In this document: positions 23,424 to 36,040 of the stretch, in pieces
Layout of the letters: every line of letters starts with the position of its first letter
How positions within the stretch are numbered: position 1 is the first letter of the stretch
Source: Mobula hypostoma
Lineage: Eukaryota
Direction of reading: 5' to 3'
Assembly: GCF_963921235.1 (NCBI RefSeq)
Contig: NC_086109.1
Span: 15,502,001-15,566,000 of the forward strand
DNA length: 64,000 bases
Made by a program: the position numbers and the translations under genes
The notes under the pieces: generated by a model
What the model was told of the DNA's origin: nothing
The model's input: the letters and a program-made list of their open reading frames with translations, nothing else
The model's database searches: none

Positions 23424-26194
23424 TGTTCTATCTCCCAGTGAACCACTTTCACTTCCAGCATTTCTATTCAGGACATGCAATCCTTTTCTTCCTCCGCTCG
23501 TCTAGGCATCCAACCATTTGCTTTGTGTTCATTCCTGTGCCTTAGTTAACTTCTCCAAAATTTTACCGTATTTTTGTCATTTTTCTGCCCATCTAGCATC
23601 TCTATTGGTGACTTCCTGGAGCTCACGCTTTCTTCCATATTACAAGCACTAGTAGTACCATCACTGGAGTTGAGTATGACTCCTGTGACTGCACTAACGT
23701 GGGAGGCAGATGCACGGTCCTTGACAGATCAGGGTCAGGGTTCAGCGGCATAGCTTAGACCCATAGTATCATAGGAAAGTACAGTACAGAAACAGGTCCT
23801 TTGGCCCATCTAGTCCCTGCTGAACCATTTAAACTGCACCAGGACCATAGCCCTCCATACCCTTGACATCCATGTACTTATCCAAACTTCTCTTCAAAGT
23901 TGAAATAGAGCTCACATGCACCACTTGCACTGGCAGCTCATTCCACTCTCACGACTCAGAGTGAAGAAGTTACCCCTCATGTTCTCCTTAAACATTTCAC
24001 CTTTCACCCTTAACCAATGACCTCTAGTTGTAGTCCCACCCAACCTCAGTGGAAAAAGCCTGCCTGCATTTACCCTATCTATACCCCTCAATTTTATATT
24101 CCTCTATCAAATCTCCCCTCAACCTTCTATGTTCCCAGGAATAAAATCCCAACCTATTTAATCTTTGCTTATAATTCAGGTCCTCCAGTCCAGGCAACAT
24201 CCCTTTAGATTTTCTCTGTACTCTTTAAACCTTATTTTCTTCCCTGTAGGTAGGTGACCAAAATTGCCCACAATAGTCCAAATCAGGCCTTACTAATGTC
24301 TTTTACAAACTTAACATGACATCCCATCTCCTGTACTCAGTACTTTGATTTATGAAGGCCAAAGTGCCAAAAGCTTTCTTTATGGCCCCATCTACTTGTG
24401 CCGCCACTGTCAATGAATTACGGACCTATATTCCCAGATCCCTTTGTTCTACTGTACTCCTCAGTGCCCTACTGTTTACTGTGCAAGACCTACCCTCATT
24501 GGTCCTACTGAAATGCAACGTCTCACACTTGTCTGCATTAAATTCTATCTGTCATTTTCAGCCCGTTTTTCCTGCCGGTTCAGATTCTGCTGCAATCTCT
24601 GATAGTTTTCCTTGCTGTCCACTGCACCCGCGATCTTGGTGTTGTCTGCAAGTTTGCTGATCCAGTTAACTATATTATCATCCAGATCATTGACATACAG
24701 ACCCAGCGTCGATCCCTGTGGCACTCCACTAGTAACAGGGATCCATTTAGGGAGGTAACGATCTACTACCCGCTTCAGCTTCTCCCACAAAGTCAATGTC
24801 TAATCAAATTTACTACCTCATCTTGAATGCTAATCAACTAAACCTTCCTGACCAACCTCCCATGCGAGACCTTGTCAAATGCCTTGCTAAAAGCTATGCA
24901 GAAAATCTGCACTGCCTTCCCTGGTAACTTTCTCGAAAGACTATAAATTAGTTAGACATGAAGCCATACTGTTTATTCATAATCAATCTCGGTCTAACCA
25001 AATATTCATATATCTGATCCCTTAGCATAACTTTCCAATAACTTTTCCATCAATGAAATCAGGCTCATCAGCCTATAATTTCCTGATTTATTTTTGGAGC
25101 TTTTCTTAAACACCGGATTAGCTATCCTCTAATCCTCCGGTACTTCAGTTGTCGCCAAGGATGATTTAACTATCTCTGCCAGGGCCCTGCAATTTCTGCA
25201 TTTGCCTCCTATAGGGTCTGAAGAAACACTTTGTCAGGTCCTGTGGATTTATCCACCCTAATTTGTCCCAAGAAAGCAAATACCTCCTCCTCTGTAATCT
25301 GTAGAGTCCATGATGTTGATGTCATTTTGCCTCATTACTATAGACTCTGTATTTGTCTCCTGAGTAAATAGAGGCAAAACTGCATTTAAGATCTCCTGCA
25401 GCTCTTTGCACTCCGTGCATAGATTACCAGTTTGATCTTCCAGAGAACCTAATTTCTCCCTTGCAATTTTTTTGCTCTTAACATATCTGTAGAATCTCTT
25501 AGGATTCTCCTTCGCTTTGTCTGCCACGGCAACCTCATGCCGTATTTTAGCCCTACTGATTTCTTTCTCGTGTTTTCTTGCATTTCTTATACTCCATAAG
25601 CACCTTGTTCATTCTTACCTGTTCATTCCTGCTTTGCACCTCCTTTTACCTCTCTTAACCAGGACTTCAATATCCCTTGAAAACCAAAGCTACCTAAACC
25701 TGTTATCTTTACCTTTTATTCTGACAAGCACATACATGTTTTGTACTCTCAAAATTTCACTTTTAAAGGCCTCCCACTTACCAAGTACATCTTTGCCAGA
25801 AAACAGTCTGTTCCAATCCACACTTGCCAAATCCTTTCTGATCCCTTGAAACGTGCAGAGGGAGCTAGAGGAGAGGATCAAGGTGGCTAAATAGGGACAC
25901 AGGAGAGAGATGGAGAACAAGCTTGGGCAGAGTAGCACACAGGTGGTGTGGAGAGACATGAAGAACATCACTGGCTTCAATCAGCTGAACCATTGAGCCT
26001 CAGAATGCAGCCATGTATGGGAGAATGAGTTAAACCAATTCTTCAATAGGTTTGCCAATTGCCTTCTTTTTCACAGTTCCCTCAGCATACCAGTCCAGGT
26101 GCAGAAGCAGCCAATGTTCCTTCAGCACCAACACCTCCCCTCCTCCCACCTCCAATTCAACGTGTGGATGAATAACAAAGGCTACCACAGTCTA

Positions 26195-28007
26195 CATCCC
26201 CTGCTTGCTGACTTGGTCATACTCGACTTCAGTAAGGCATTTGACACGGTCCCCCATCAGAGATTGCTACGTAAGCGTGAACATGTGGGCATTAACAACA
26301 GCCTTCTACACTGATTAAACATGTTCCTTACCAACAGACAGCAACATGTGCTTCTTGAGGGGGCAGAGTCCCCTGAATCTCCAGTAACATCCGGAATGCC
26401 CCAGGGGACCATGTTGGGACCCTTACTTTTTCTCATTTACATCAACAACTTGCCAAATATAGTCAGGTCCAAAGTCAGACTTTTTGCAGATGACTGCATA
26501 ATCTACCGTGAGATAAGAAATGACCAAGATACTCAGCTGCTGCAAAGCGATATTGATTCATTATGTCAATGGGAGTCTCAATGGCAAATGTCCTTCAGCT
26601 CATCTAAATGTTATGCTATGCATGTCAGTCACAAAGTTAAACCAATCAACACGACATATGACATGAATGGAGAGATTCCTGAAACAGATACCCACCACCC
26701 ATATATTGGTGTTGAAATTAACAGGGATCTTAACTGGGCATCCCACATCAATCGGATTACAGCCAAAGCAACTAAAATGCTGGGTATACTGAGAAGAAAC
26801 CTCCACTCATGTAGTAAATCCGTCAAGAACATGGCATGTATAAGACACTCTTCTGTCCAAAGCTTGAGTATTGCGCGGCCATATGGGATCCCCATCAAGC
26901 TAGCAATAAGAAGTCCATCGAAAAAAAATCCAACACTATGCTGCTCACTTTGTGTTAAACGATTACAGCAGGAAATCCAGTGTCACCAACATGCTCTCTA
27001 ACCTTCAATGGGAACCACTTGATCAGATTAGGGGACCAAAACTGCACACAATACTCCAGGTGAGACCACACCTGGAGTATTGTGTGCAGTTTTGGTCCCC
27101 TAATCTGAGGAAAGACATCCTTGCCAAAGAGTACAAAGAAGGTTCACCAGATTGATTCCTGGTTTGGCAGGACTTTCATATGAAGAAAGACTGGATGAAC
27201 TAGGCTTGTACTCGTTGGAGTTTAGAAGATTGAGGGGGGATCTGATTGAAACGTATAAAATCCTAAAGGGATTGGACAGGCTAGATGCAGGAAGATTGTT
27301 CCTGATGTTGGGGAAGTCCATAACGAGGGGTCACAGTTTGAGGATAAAGGGGAAGCCTTTTAGGACTGAGGTTACGAAAAACTTCTTCACACAGAGAGTG
27401 GTGAATCTGTGGAATTCTCTGCCACAGGAAACAGTTGAGGCCAGTTTATTGGCTATATTTAAGAGGGAGTTAGATATGGCCCTTGTGGCTACGGGGATCA
27501 CGGGGTATAGAGGGAAGGCTGGTGCAGGGTTCTGAGTTGGATGATCAGCCATGATCATGATAAATGGCGGTGCAGGCTTGACGGGCCGAATGGCCTACTC
27601 CTGCACCTATTTTCTATGTTTCTATGTAAAGCCGACGTATTAAACTACGGTTAATTTTCATTTTTAAAGAAGTTCACAAAATCGCTCCATCAAACATCCA
27701 AATTCGTCACAGGGGCAGTTCAACTCGACAGCAAACTGGACATCACATATTGGAAACTCCTCCGTTCAATAAGATTTGCTACCGGTACTCCCTCTACCCA
27801 AGATCAACATGACAGTGGAATCTTCTGCCGCCAGATCTGCACAGTATTTCTGACATTAATATTTTTAAAGATAGACTCAATCAAATCAATTTAGGGGATC
27901 TAGTCAAAAAAGCTTACTTATCAATTTAACTCCCACGCCGTTCACACCAACTGCGCGTTATAACAGCCGTCCGGCAGTGCTTGCGCAGTACCAATCAGAA
28001 GCAGAAG
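26195..28007 (+). mobile_element. Atypical CR1-group LINE (FADDC-type RT), 5'-truncated, interrupted at 27023-27627
   Basis: LDFSKAFDTVPHQRLL, GMPQGTMLGPLLFLIYINNLP, VRLFADDCIIYREI; after the insert SRRIKLRL...YRYSLYPRST*QWNLLP; tail cagaagcagaag. Confidence 0.85.
27023..27627 (+). mobile_element. CR1 LINE 3' end with inverted 5' fold-back
   Basis: VRPHLEYCVQFWSP, ORF 27152-27535 (LGLYSLEFRRLRGDLIETYKILKG), tail tttctatgtttctatgt. Confidence 0.9.
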
Positions 28008-28099
28008 TCCTGCACATACCATCCACACCTCCACATACCAACTGCTATTGCCCCAATCTTCAACTCTCTCAGCCCCCTCCTTCCACCACCTTCCACCAA

Positions 28100-29358
28100 G
28101 TCACCAGGACCGGACGAGATATAACCCAGTCTACTGTGGGAGGTGAGGGAGGAGATTGCTGAGCCTCTGGCAATGATCTTTGCATCATCAATGGGGACGG
28201 GAGAGGTTCCGGAGGATTGGGGGGTTGCAGATGTTGTTCACTTCTTCAAGAAAGGGAGTAGAGATAGCCCAGGAAATTATAGACCAGTGAGTCTTACTTC
28301 AGTGGTTGGTAAGTTGATGGAGAAGATCCTGAGAGGCAGGATTTAAAAACATTTGGAGAGGCATAACATGATTAGGACCAGTCAGCATGGCTTTGTCAAA
28401 GGCAGACCATGCCTTATGAGCCTGATTGAATATTTTGAGGATGTGACTAAACACGTTGATGAAGGTAGAGCAGTAGATGTAGTGTATATGGATTTCAGCA
28501 AGGCATTTGATAAGATACCCTGTGCAAGGCTTATTGAGAAAGTAAGGAGGCATGGGATCCAAGGGAGCATTGCTCTGTGGATCCAGAACTGGCTTGCACA
28601 CAGAAGGCAAAGAGTGGTTGTAGACAGGTCATATTCTGTATGGAGGTTGGTGACTAGTGGTGAGCCTCAGGGATGGGTTCAGGGACCCCTACTCTTCAGG
28701 ATTTTTATAAATGACCTGGATGAGGAAGTGGAAGGATGGGTTAGTAAATTTGCTGATGACACAAAGATTGGGGGTGCTGTGGATAGTGTGGAGGGCTTCA
28801 GAGGTTACAGCGGGACATCGATAGGATGCAAAACTGGGCAGAGAAGTGGTAGATGGAGTTCAACCCAGATAAGTGTGAGGAGGTTCATTTGGTAGGTCAA
28901 ATATGATGGCAGAATATAGTATTAATGGTTAAGACTCTTGGCAGTGTGGAGGATCAGAGGAATCTTGGTGTCCGAGTCCATAGCACACTCAAAGCTGCTG
29001 CGCATGTTGCCTCTGTAGTTAAGTAGGCATATGGTGCATTGGCCTTCATCAAGCGTGGGATTGAGTTTAAGATCCAAGAGGTAATGTTGCAGCTACATAG
29101 GACCCTCGTCAGACCTCACTTGGAGTACTATGCACAGTTCTGGTCACCTCACTACAGGAAGGAGGTGGAAACTAAAGAAAGGGTGCAGAGGAGATTTACA
29201 AGGATGTTGCCTGAATTGGCGAGCATGCCTTATGAGAATAGATTGAGTGAACTTGGCCTTTTCTCCTTGGAGCAACGTAGGAGAGGTGACCTGATAGAGG
29301 AGATGTATAAGATGATGAGAGACATTGATCATGTGGATAGTCAGAGGCTTTCTCCCAG
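28100..29358 (+). mobile_element. CR1 LINE internal fragment (RT domain)
   Basis: SPGPD, PGNYRPVSLTSVVGK, YMDFSKAFDK, SKFADDTK, RPHLEYYAQFWSP in ORFs 28143-28346, 28353-28895 and 29039-29395. Confidence 0.9.
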
Positions 29359-31194
29359 ATGGCGTGAACCCCAAGGTCCTGAAGGAGTGTGCTGAGCAGT
29401 GGTGTGGAATTCTCCAGTGCATTTTCAATCCAAGTCTTAGCCCGGAAATGGTCCTGACAGTGTAGAAAACATCATATATGGTCCCAGTACTCAAGGAGGA
29501 CCAATCAAACTCTTGAATGACTACAGTCCAGTGGCCTTAACCTCACACATCATTAAGACTCTAGAGAGGCTGGTCCTGGCTCATCTCCGATCTCTAGTCA
29601 GATCATCCCTCAATCCCCTGCAGTTTGCCTACAAGGAGCACATTGGAGTCAATGATGCTGTCATCTACCTGCTGAACAGAGCCTACTCCCATTTAGGTAA
29701 GCAGGGCAGCACTGTGAGGATCACGTCTTTGATTTCTCAAGTGCCTTCAATATCATTCAGCCCTCATTGCTAGGGGAAAAGCTCCATTCAGTGTCAATTG
29801 GCACTTCCATTGTATCCTGGATAATGGACTACCTGCCTGGCAGACCACAATTTGTGCAGCTTCAGAGCTGTGTGTCAGACATGACAATAAGCAGCACTGG
29901 GGCCCCACAGGGGACAGTATTGGCTCCCCTCCTGTTTACCCTGTATACCTCAGATTTTAGATACAACACTGAGTCATGTCATCTTTAGAAATTCTCTGAT
30001 GACCCAGCAATAGTTGGGTGCATAAAGGGAGGATGGGAGGATGAATACAGGGCACTGGTGGAGGACTTTGTCAAATGGTACAGGCTGAATCATCTGCAGC
30101 TCAATATCAGTAAGACAAAGGAGATGGTGATGGACTTTAGGAAGACTAAGCCTGCACTGCTCCCGGTCACTACTGATGGTGAGGACGTGGATGTGGTGAG
30201 GACCCGTGAGTACCTGGGGGTGCACTTGGATGACAGACTTGAATGGAGCACCAATACAGAGGCTGGGTACAAGAAGGGCCAAAGTTGCCTTTACTTCCTG
30301 AGGAGACTGAGGTCCTTTGAGTATGCAGGCCTCTCCTTTGCATATTCTACCAGTCTGATGTCACCAGTACAATCTTTTATGCAGTAGAGTGCTGAGGCAA
30401 TGGCATCAACACGGGTGATCCCATCAGGCTCAATAAACTGATTAGAAAGGCTGGCTCTGTTGTAGGTGTCACACTGGACACACTGAAGGCTGTGGTAGAT
30501 CAAAGGATCCAATGGAAATTCCTGGCATTCTGGACAATGTTTCTCACCCCCTGCATGCCACCTTGGCTGAACAAAGGAGCACTTTTAGTAATAGATCAAG
30601 ACAACTGCACTGCTCCAAAGAGCGCTACATGAAGTCATTCTTACCCTTGGCCATTATGCTCTGTAACGAGTCAACCTATAGCCGGGCAAGAGATGACCCC
30701 ACCCTCCCCCGCTGTTAGACTGTTTGAGCTAAATTATTTTATATTCTTTCATACTTCTTTTCTAATATTTGCATGTTTGTGCACTTGTAATGCTGCTGTG
30801 ACACTAATTTCCTTTGGGATCAATAAACTACCTACCTATATCAAAATTGGTCTTTCCCCAATTTATAATTTCGACTTGAAGACCAGACCTATCTTGGTCC
30901 ATATCTCCTTTGAAACTAATGGCATTATGATCACTAGATGCAAAGTGTTCCCCTACACAAACTTTTGTCACCGGCCCTGCCCCATTCCCTAATAGGAGAT
31001 CTGGTTTCACCCTCCCTCTTCTTGGGACTTCTAGGTACTGATGAAGGAAACTTTCCTAAACACATTTGACAAACTATCTCATCTAGTCTTTTGACAGTAT
31101 GGGAGCCCAGTCAATATGTGAAAAGTTAACAGCACCTACTGCCACAACTTGCAACAGTTTTTGATTTTTGCAGAATTCTTCCTCTGAATCCTGC

Positions 31195-31463
31195 AGCATG
31201 CAAGGTGACTGGGGACCCTTCTCTGCTGCAGCCTTCCTCTGCCTTCACTGCTGTTGTGAAGTGACATAGTCTTCCACCAGTTCCACCGTTGAGTTTCTGG
31301 TTGAATCCCTCTTTGTCTGGATCCTCCCCCTTGACCTTACCGCCAAGGGTAACCCTCCGAGGAGCCAAGCATCGGATGGCTAACCTCCAGACTGCTTCGC
31401 TCTCGTGGTCTCCAAAACTCACAAGCCTCTTCACCACGACGAGCTGACGATCCTCAGAGAAGA
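31195..31463 (-). mobile_element. RTE-clade 5'-UTR-derived element (probable remainder at ~23670-23755)
   Basis: Minus strand ctcgtcgtggtgaagaggcttgtgag...gggttacccttggcggtaaggtcaagggggaggatccagac resembles the RTE/BovB 5' end (CTTGTCGTGGTGAAGGGGCTT), recalled from memory. Confidence 0.55.
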
Positions 31464-32323
31464 CCACAGTAAAAACCCAGCAGCTCATTCTTCTATTATC
31501 TGCAAATATCTTAAGCGTGCCCAAGTCCAAAGCTTTGGAATGCTGCTCTTTTGAAGATTACTATGTTGCTATGCAGATTAATAAAGAGTAACTTGTGTTA
31601 CCACAACATCACCAACTCAAATTTAAATATCTGCTGACTCAGAGGCAGGCAGATAACATCTGTAGAGAGAGAAGCAGAAGTAACATTTCAGATGGGTGTT
31701 TCATTTGTAGTAACCGTTCTTCTCTCTCACAGATGCTGCCTAATCTGAGTAAAACCAGCATTTTCTGTCCTTGTTATTGAAGATATTATACATTGTCTGT
31801 CATACACTAAGTCCTGAGCCTTCAGCAAAGCAGTGGCAGGATCCAAATTGAAATCTTGCTGGAAGAATGTTTTGTTCTAGGTTTTTTCTACATCTGTCAT
31901 TTGAAAACAAAGATGAGCATTTCATATAGCTGGTTGAATAGAAGGATAAATTGATGTTTGTGCTGATTACTTGCTCCTGCAATCAAAAATAAAGTCAGTG
32001 CCAGTGAGTTGAAAGGGAACAGCCCTCCACGATGTAATATAAAATTGACTGAAGTGAAAATGGTCAAATATTCTAAATAATTATTCTTCATCATCTGTAT
32101 TCCTTGGTGGGTGAATCATTTTACTGAACTCGATCCCTTTCATCTCAGGCAGCCTTGACAGTCTGTTGAAATACACACCAGGCTAATAATTCAGCCATTC
32201 AAATCCTCGCCAATGCAATTCAACATCAGCTAAGTACAACCTTGCTATGACGAGAGAGATACATTCCCCCAAAAGAGAACTTCCAGCTCCCTAACCTACA
32301 GAAATTAGGGCACCGCCTCCCTG

Positions 32324-32618
32324 TTTATTTATTTATTTAGCGATAGAGCGTGGCCATTCTGGCCCTTCGAGCCATGCTGCTCTGGCAACCCCGGCGACCC
32401 TGATTTAACCTTAACCTAATCACTGGACAATTTACAATGACCTGCTAACCTACCCATATGTCTTTGGATTGTGGGAGGAAACCGGAGCACCTGGAGAAAA
32501 CCCACTCACTCCATGGCGAGGACGCATGGACACCTTACAGAGGGCGGTGAGATTCAACTCTGAACACTGACGCTGCGAGCTTTAATTTCGTGGCACTAAC
32601 CACTATGCTACCGTGGCT
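32324..32618 (-). mobile_element. tRNA-derived V-SINE
   Basis: tctttggattgtgggaggaaaccggagcacctggagaaaacccac is the V-domain reverse complement; (TTTA)n at the left. Confidence 0.8.
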
Positions 32619-32894
32619 CTTGAATGCTAGTCTGTCTCTATTTGTTTTTCTTTCTTCTTTCTCCAGCTACCTCTGCCATAGAGTTGCACTTACGCTATCG
32701 TCTACCTCTCTTCCTGATCTCTTCCACATTCTTATCTTTCCATCTCCTTATTTCACTCCTCATTATTCCTCCACTTTTGCCCCCTAACTCTGCCTGATGC
32801 AGACACTGTGCCCATGTAAACAATTTGCTGCATATTTACTCCTATTTCATATAATCCTGCTTCACCCCAAAGTAAAAGATAAGGATCTTGAAGA

Positions 32895-33177
32895 TTCACT
32901 TTATTTGTCACATGTACGTCGGTGAAATGCTCCGCATTGCAATAACAATGAGCGTAGTCTGAAGGTGCGCTGGGGGGCAGCCCGCAAGTGTTGCCACGCT
33001 TCCGGGGCCAACGTAGCATGCCCACAACTCACTAACCCCCACCCTCACCATTTTGGAATGTGGGAGGAGACTGGAGCACCCGGAGGAAGCCCACATGGTC
33101 ACGGGGCGGGAATTGAACCCCGGTCACTCGCACTGTAAAGCGTTATACGAAACCGCTATGCTACTGTGCTGCCCCCA
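32895..33177 (-). mobile_element. V-SINE variant with a different, LINE-derived tail (related copies ~20140-20410, ~39450-39660)
   Basis: ggaattgaaccc (B-box reverse complement), V-domain, tail tttatttgtcacatgtac. Confidence 0.65.
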
Positions 33178-33604
33178 CAGCTACGCTCTACAAAGTACAA
33201 TCACAAAACCGCACTTTAATGTAGCTTCACCTCCAGATCAGGACTGTAGTTTTGATGGACTCTGGATCGAGGTCTCTTTGGGGCAGGGGTGGGGGTTGGT
33301 GCTTTTGCTGGCACGGGGGTGGGGGTTGCTGCTGCTGACATTGGGGGGGGTGTTGGTGCTTTTGCTGGTGTGAGTGTGGGGGGGGTTGATACTTTTGGCT
33401 GCTGCTTCTGCTAAGGGTGGGGTAGGGGCTTTGAAGTTCTATCATTCATTCTATGGGATCCTTTGTTTCATGGATGTATGTGAAGAGCATGAATTTCACG
33501 TTGTATATTGTATATATTCACTAATATTAAAAGAACCTAAACCTAAAACCCTGCCCATGATTCTTGCTTCACACTCTTATGTTCATTCCCCCATTTCCCT
33601 TAGT

Positions 33605-34065
33605 TGTTTGTCCGGACTGTCTTACGCAGAGAGATTAGAGAGACTGGGCTTGTACACACTGGAATTAAGGAGATTGAGGGGGGATCTGATTGAGACATAT
33701 AAGATTATTAAGGGATTGGACAAGATAGAGGCAGGAAATACGTTCCAGATGCTGGGAGAGTCCAGTACCAGAGGGCATGGTTTAAGAATAAGGGGTAGGT
33801 CATTTAGGATAGAGCTGAGGAGGAACTTCTTCTCCCAGAGAGTTGTGGAGTTGTGGAACGCGCTGCCTCAGAAGGCAGTGGAGGCCAATTCTCTGGATGC
33901 TTTCAAGAAGGAGCTAGATAGGTATCTTATGGATAGGGGAATCAAGGGTTATGGGGACAAGGCAGGAACCGGGTATTGATAGTAGATGATCAGCCATGAT
34001 CTCAGAATGGCGGTGCAGGCTCGAAGGGCTGAATGGTCTACTTCTGCACCTATTGTCTATTGTTT
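33605..34065 (+). mobile_element. Young CR1 LINE 3' end
   Basis: Uninterrupted LSYAERLERLGLYTLELRRLRGDLIETYKIIKG...GDKAGTGY*, tail ctattgtctattgt. Confidence 0.9.
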
Positions 34066-35647
34066 CACAGCTCTGTGAAATTATCTCCCTCAATAATGCT
34101 CTAAAACTAGGCCACATCAAAAACTAGCAGGCATTGCACTAGGTTGAAAGGGGAGTGGTTTAAAGAGGATGAGAGGAGAAAGATTTAAAGGAGGGCTGAG
34201 GGGTCAATGTTTTGACACAGAGCATGCTGGGGAGGTGAAGCAAGCTGTCAAAGGAAGTGGTAGAGGTGGGTACAATTACCATAAGACCGAAAGACATAGG
34301 AGCAGAATTAGGCCATCTGGCCCATTGAGTCTGCTCCGCCATTCAGTCATGGCTGATCATTTTTTCTATCTCCTTTTTTGACAGGTAAATGGACAAGAAA
34401 GGTTTATAGGAGATAAGGGACAAATGCGGGTAAATGAGACTGGTTAGGTGGGCCCTTGAAGGGCACGACTGGGTTGGGAGTATTTCAGTGCTAGGAGATT
34501 CAGAGATCTGGGGAGATGTTACACAGGCAGCTGGAGAAAATGGAGGAGCTGTTGAAATCAAGGACATGCACGAGGCCAGGAGTGCAGATAAGCTGCAGCA
34601 TTGAAAGTGATAATGCAAGTAGAAACAGGGAAGACTGGGGGTGGATTGCAAACAAGAATAATAACTTTAGAAGGAGAGACAGGGACTGAATAGATGTCAG
34701 TGAGCTCAGAGTTAGTAGGGAGAATGGTGGGTATATTTTGCACTGGGATCTCAGTCACCACACGAGCTGAAACCCACTGCCTCGCTATAGGAAGGGGATC
34801 AGAACAAATATACAGTGGCTTAGCATTTGAACCGGCTGCGATGTCAGTGGGATGTCCTTCTGGCTTCACAGAGCAGGAGCGTGTTTATATAATGTTAAAT
34901 GACAAATGCAGGCAATCTGTCTCTGGTTCTCTCTGTAGCTCAGTGGGTCCTGAGAGGGAGGATGTCATAGATATGTCACAATTAAATGGAAAACTTTATG
35001 GGGATAGTATTCAAGCCAATTATACCAACTTGGAGAGATGCCAAGGCTACAGGCTGAAATGTTTGTGCAGCAACAAAGGTTAATTGTAGACATCCTGACT
35101 CAACATACTAGCTTTTTACTGGTTCAGAGTTAGTGCCCAGGTAAAGAATGAGGTTATTAGGGAGACTTTATATTTATCTACCCTAGCTACTGTTACCTCT
35201 TGCTTAACCATTTGTTTCCCTGCTTACCTGCAAATAAATGATCTCTCCAGATGATCAGGGGACACCAGGCAGCCTAGTAGTGTAGCAGTTAGTATAACGT
35301 TGTTACAACACCATTGATTTGGGTTCAATTCTCACTGCTGTCTGTAAGATATTTGTATGTTCTCCCTTTCACTGTGGTGTTTTCTCCAGGTGCTCCAGTT
35401 TCCTCCCACATACCCAAGACATACATCCATGTAACCAATTGACTTACTCACCTGTAATAAGACAGTGTGGGCTCACCAGGCCTGAGGACCTGTTACTGTA
35501 TTTTATCTCAAAATACATAATACATATATGAGAGTATTGTCAGGACTTGATGACCTTAATTATAGGGGCAGGATGGGCAAGCTAGGACCTTTTTTTCCTT
35601 AGACACTATGGGGTGTTAGCACATATTCTGGAGTTATGAACAGAGAA

Positions 35648-36040
35648 AATATTAATTTCAACAACCAGTCTTCAGATCTGAATATGGATTGCAGATTGAA
35701 TTTAAAATGCAGCTCAGAACAGTGGTCTTCCTGGAGCTGCGGACTGGGGTTGGTTTCAAACCAGGACCACCCCGCCCCCCCATTGACCGAAGATGTCTGC
35801 ATATGCATGAATGCAGCTTAGAGACAATTATGATTAATATTCAATCTAGGGTGTCTGGAGTGTTGGTGTGAAAATCCAAGTCTTTGAAAATGAGGGTTAA
35901 CTCAAAAGGGAGCCTTATGAATGCATTGTAACTACAGAATTGCCCTGCTGTTACCTTTGATCCTTAGCATATAAAAATGTGATCTAAAAAAAATGAGTTT
36001 GATGCCTGCTTCTTTACCGAATAAAAACTTCTATATCACC
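35648..36040. repeat. Copy A of a locally duplicated, block-conserved non-coding element
   Basis: Shares ordered blocks with 38347-38710: aatattaatttca, ggattgcagattg, gcagctcagaaca, gggtgtctggagtgt, ttgtaacta.agaatt, ctgttacctttga.c.ttagcatataaaaatgt, cttctatatc. Confidence 0.85.

Larger units (their letters stand above)
25846..30841 (+). mobile_element. Rex1/Babar-type LINE relic in pieces (25846-26194, 28008-28100, 29359-30841)
   Basis: VWRDMKNITGF...NELNQFFNRF; DGVNPKVLKECAEQ; NDYSPVALTSHIIKTLERLV; STGAPQGTVLAPLLFTLYTSDF; LQLNISKTKEMVMDFRK; tail aataaactacctacct. Confidence 0.85.
23765..31190 (-). mobile_element. Long CR1 LINE relic in two parts (23765-25845 and 30842-31190), split by nested insertions
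   Basis: VGEHFASSDHNAISF...INWGKTNFD (30842-30970, end of the APE domain) continues as GIRKDLASVDWNRLFSGK (25845 downward), then KENPKRFYRYVKSK, VTSGVPQGS, SKLADNTK. Confidence 0.85.

Noticed and set aside
33227..33445. Gln/Pro-rich ORF resembling a cornified-envelope protein repeat
   Set aside because: It is the antisense of a GT-rich tandem tract (ggggttg..gct.ttgctg) inside a non-autonomous repeat related to ~18560-18800
33374..33979. 201-aa ORF with an apparent hydrophobic N-terminus
   Set aside because: Chance fusion of repeat-derived sequence with a CR1 ORF2 C-terminus
35648..36040. The duplicated element as a miRNA pair or coding exon pair
   Set aside because: I recognised no known mature miRNA, no long hairpin, and no splice sites or frame shared by both copies; kept only as an unexplained non-coding duplicate
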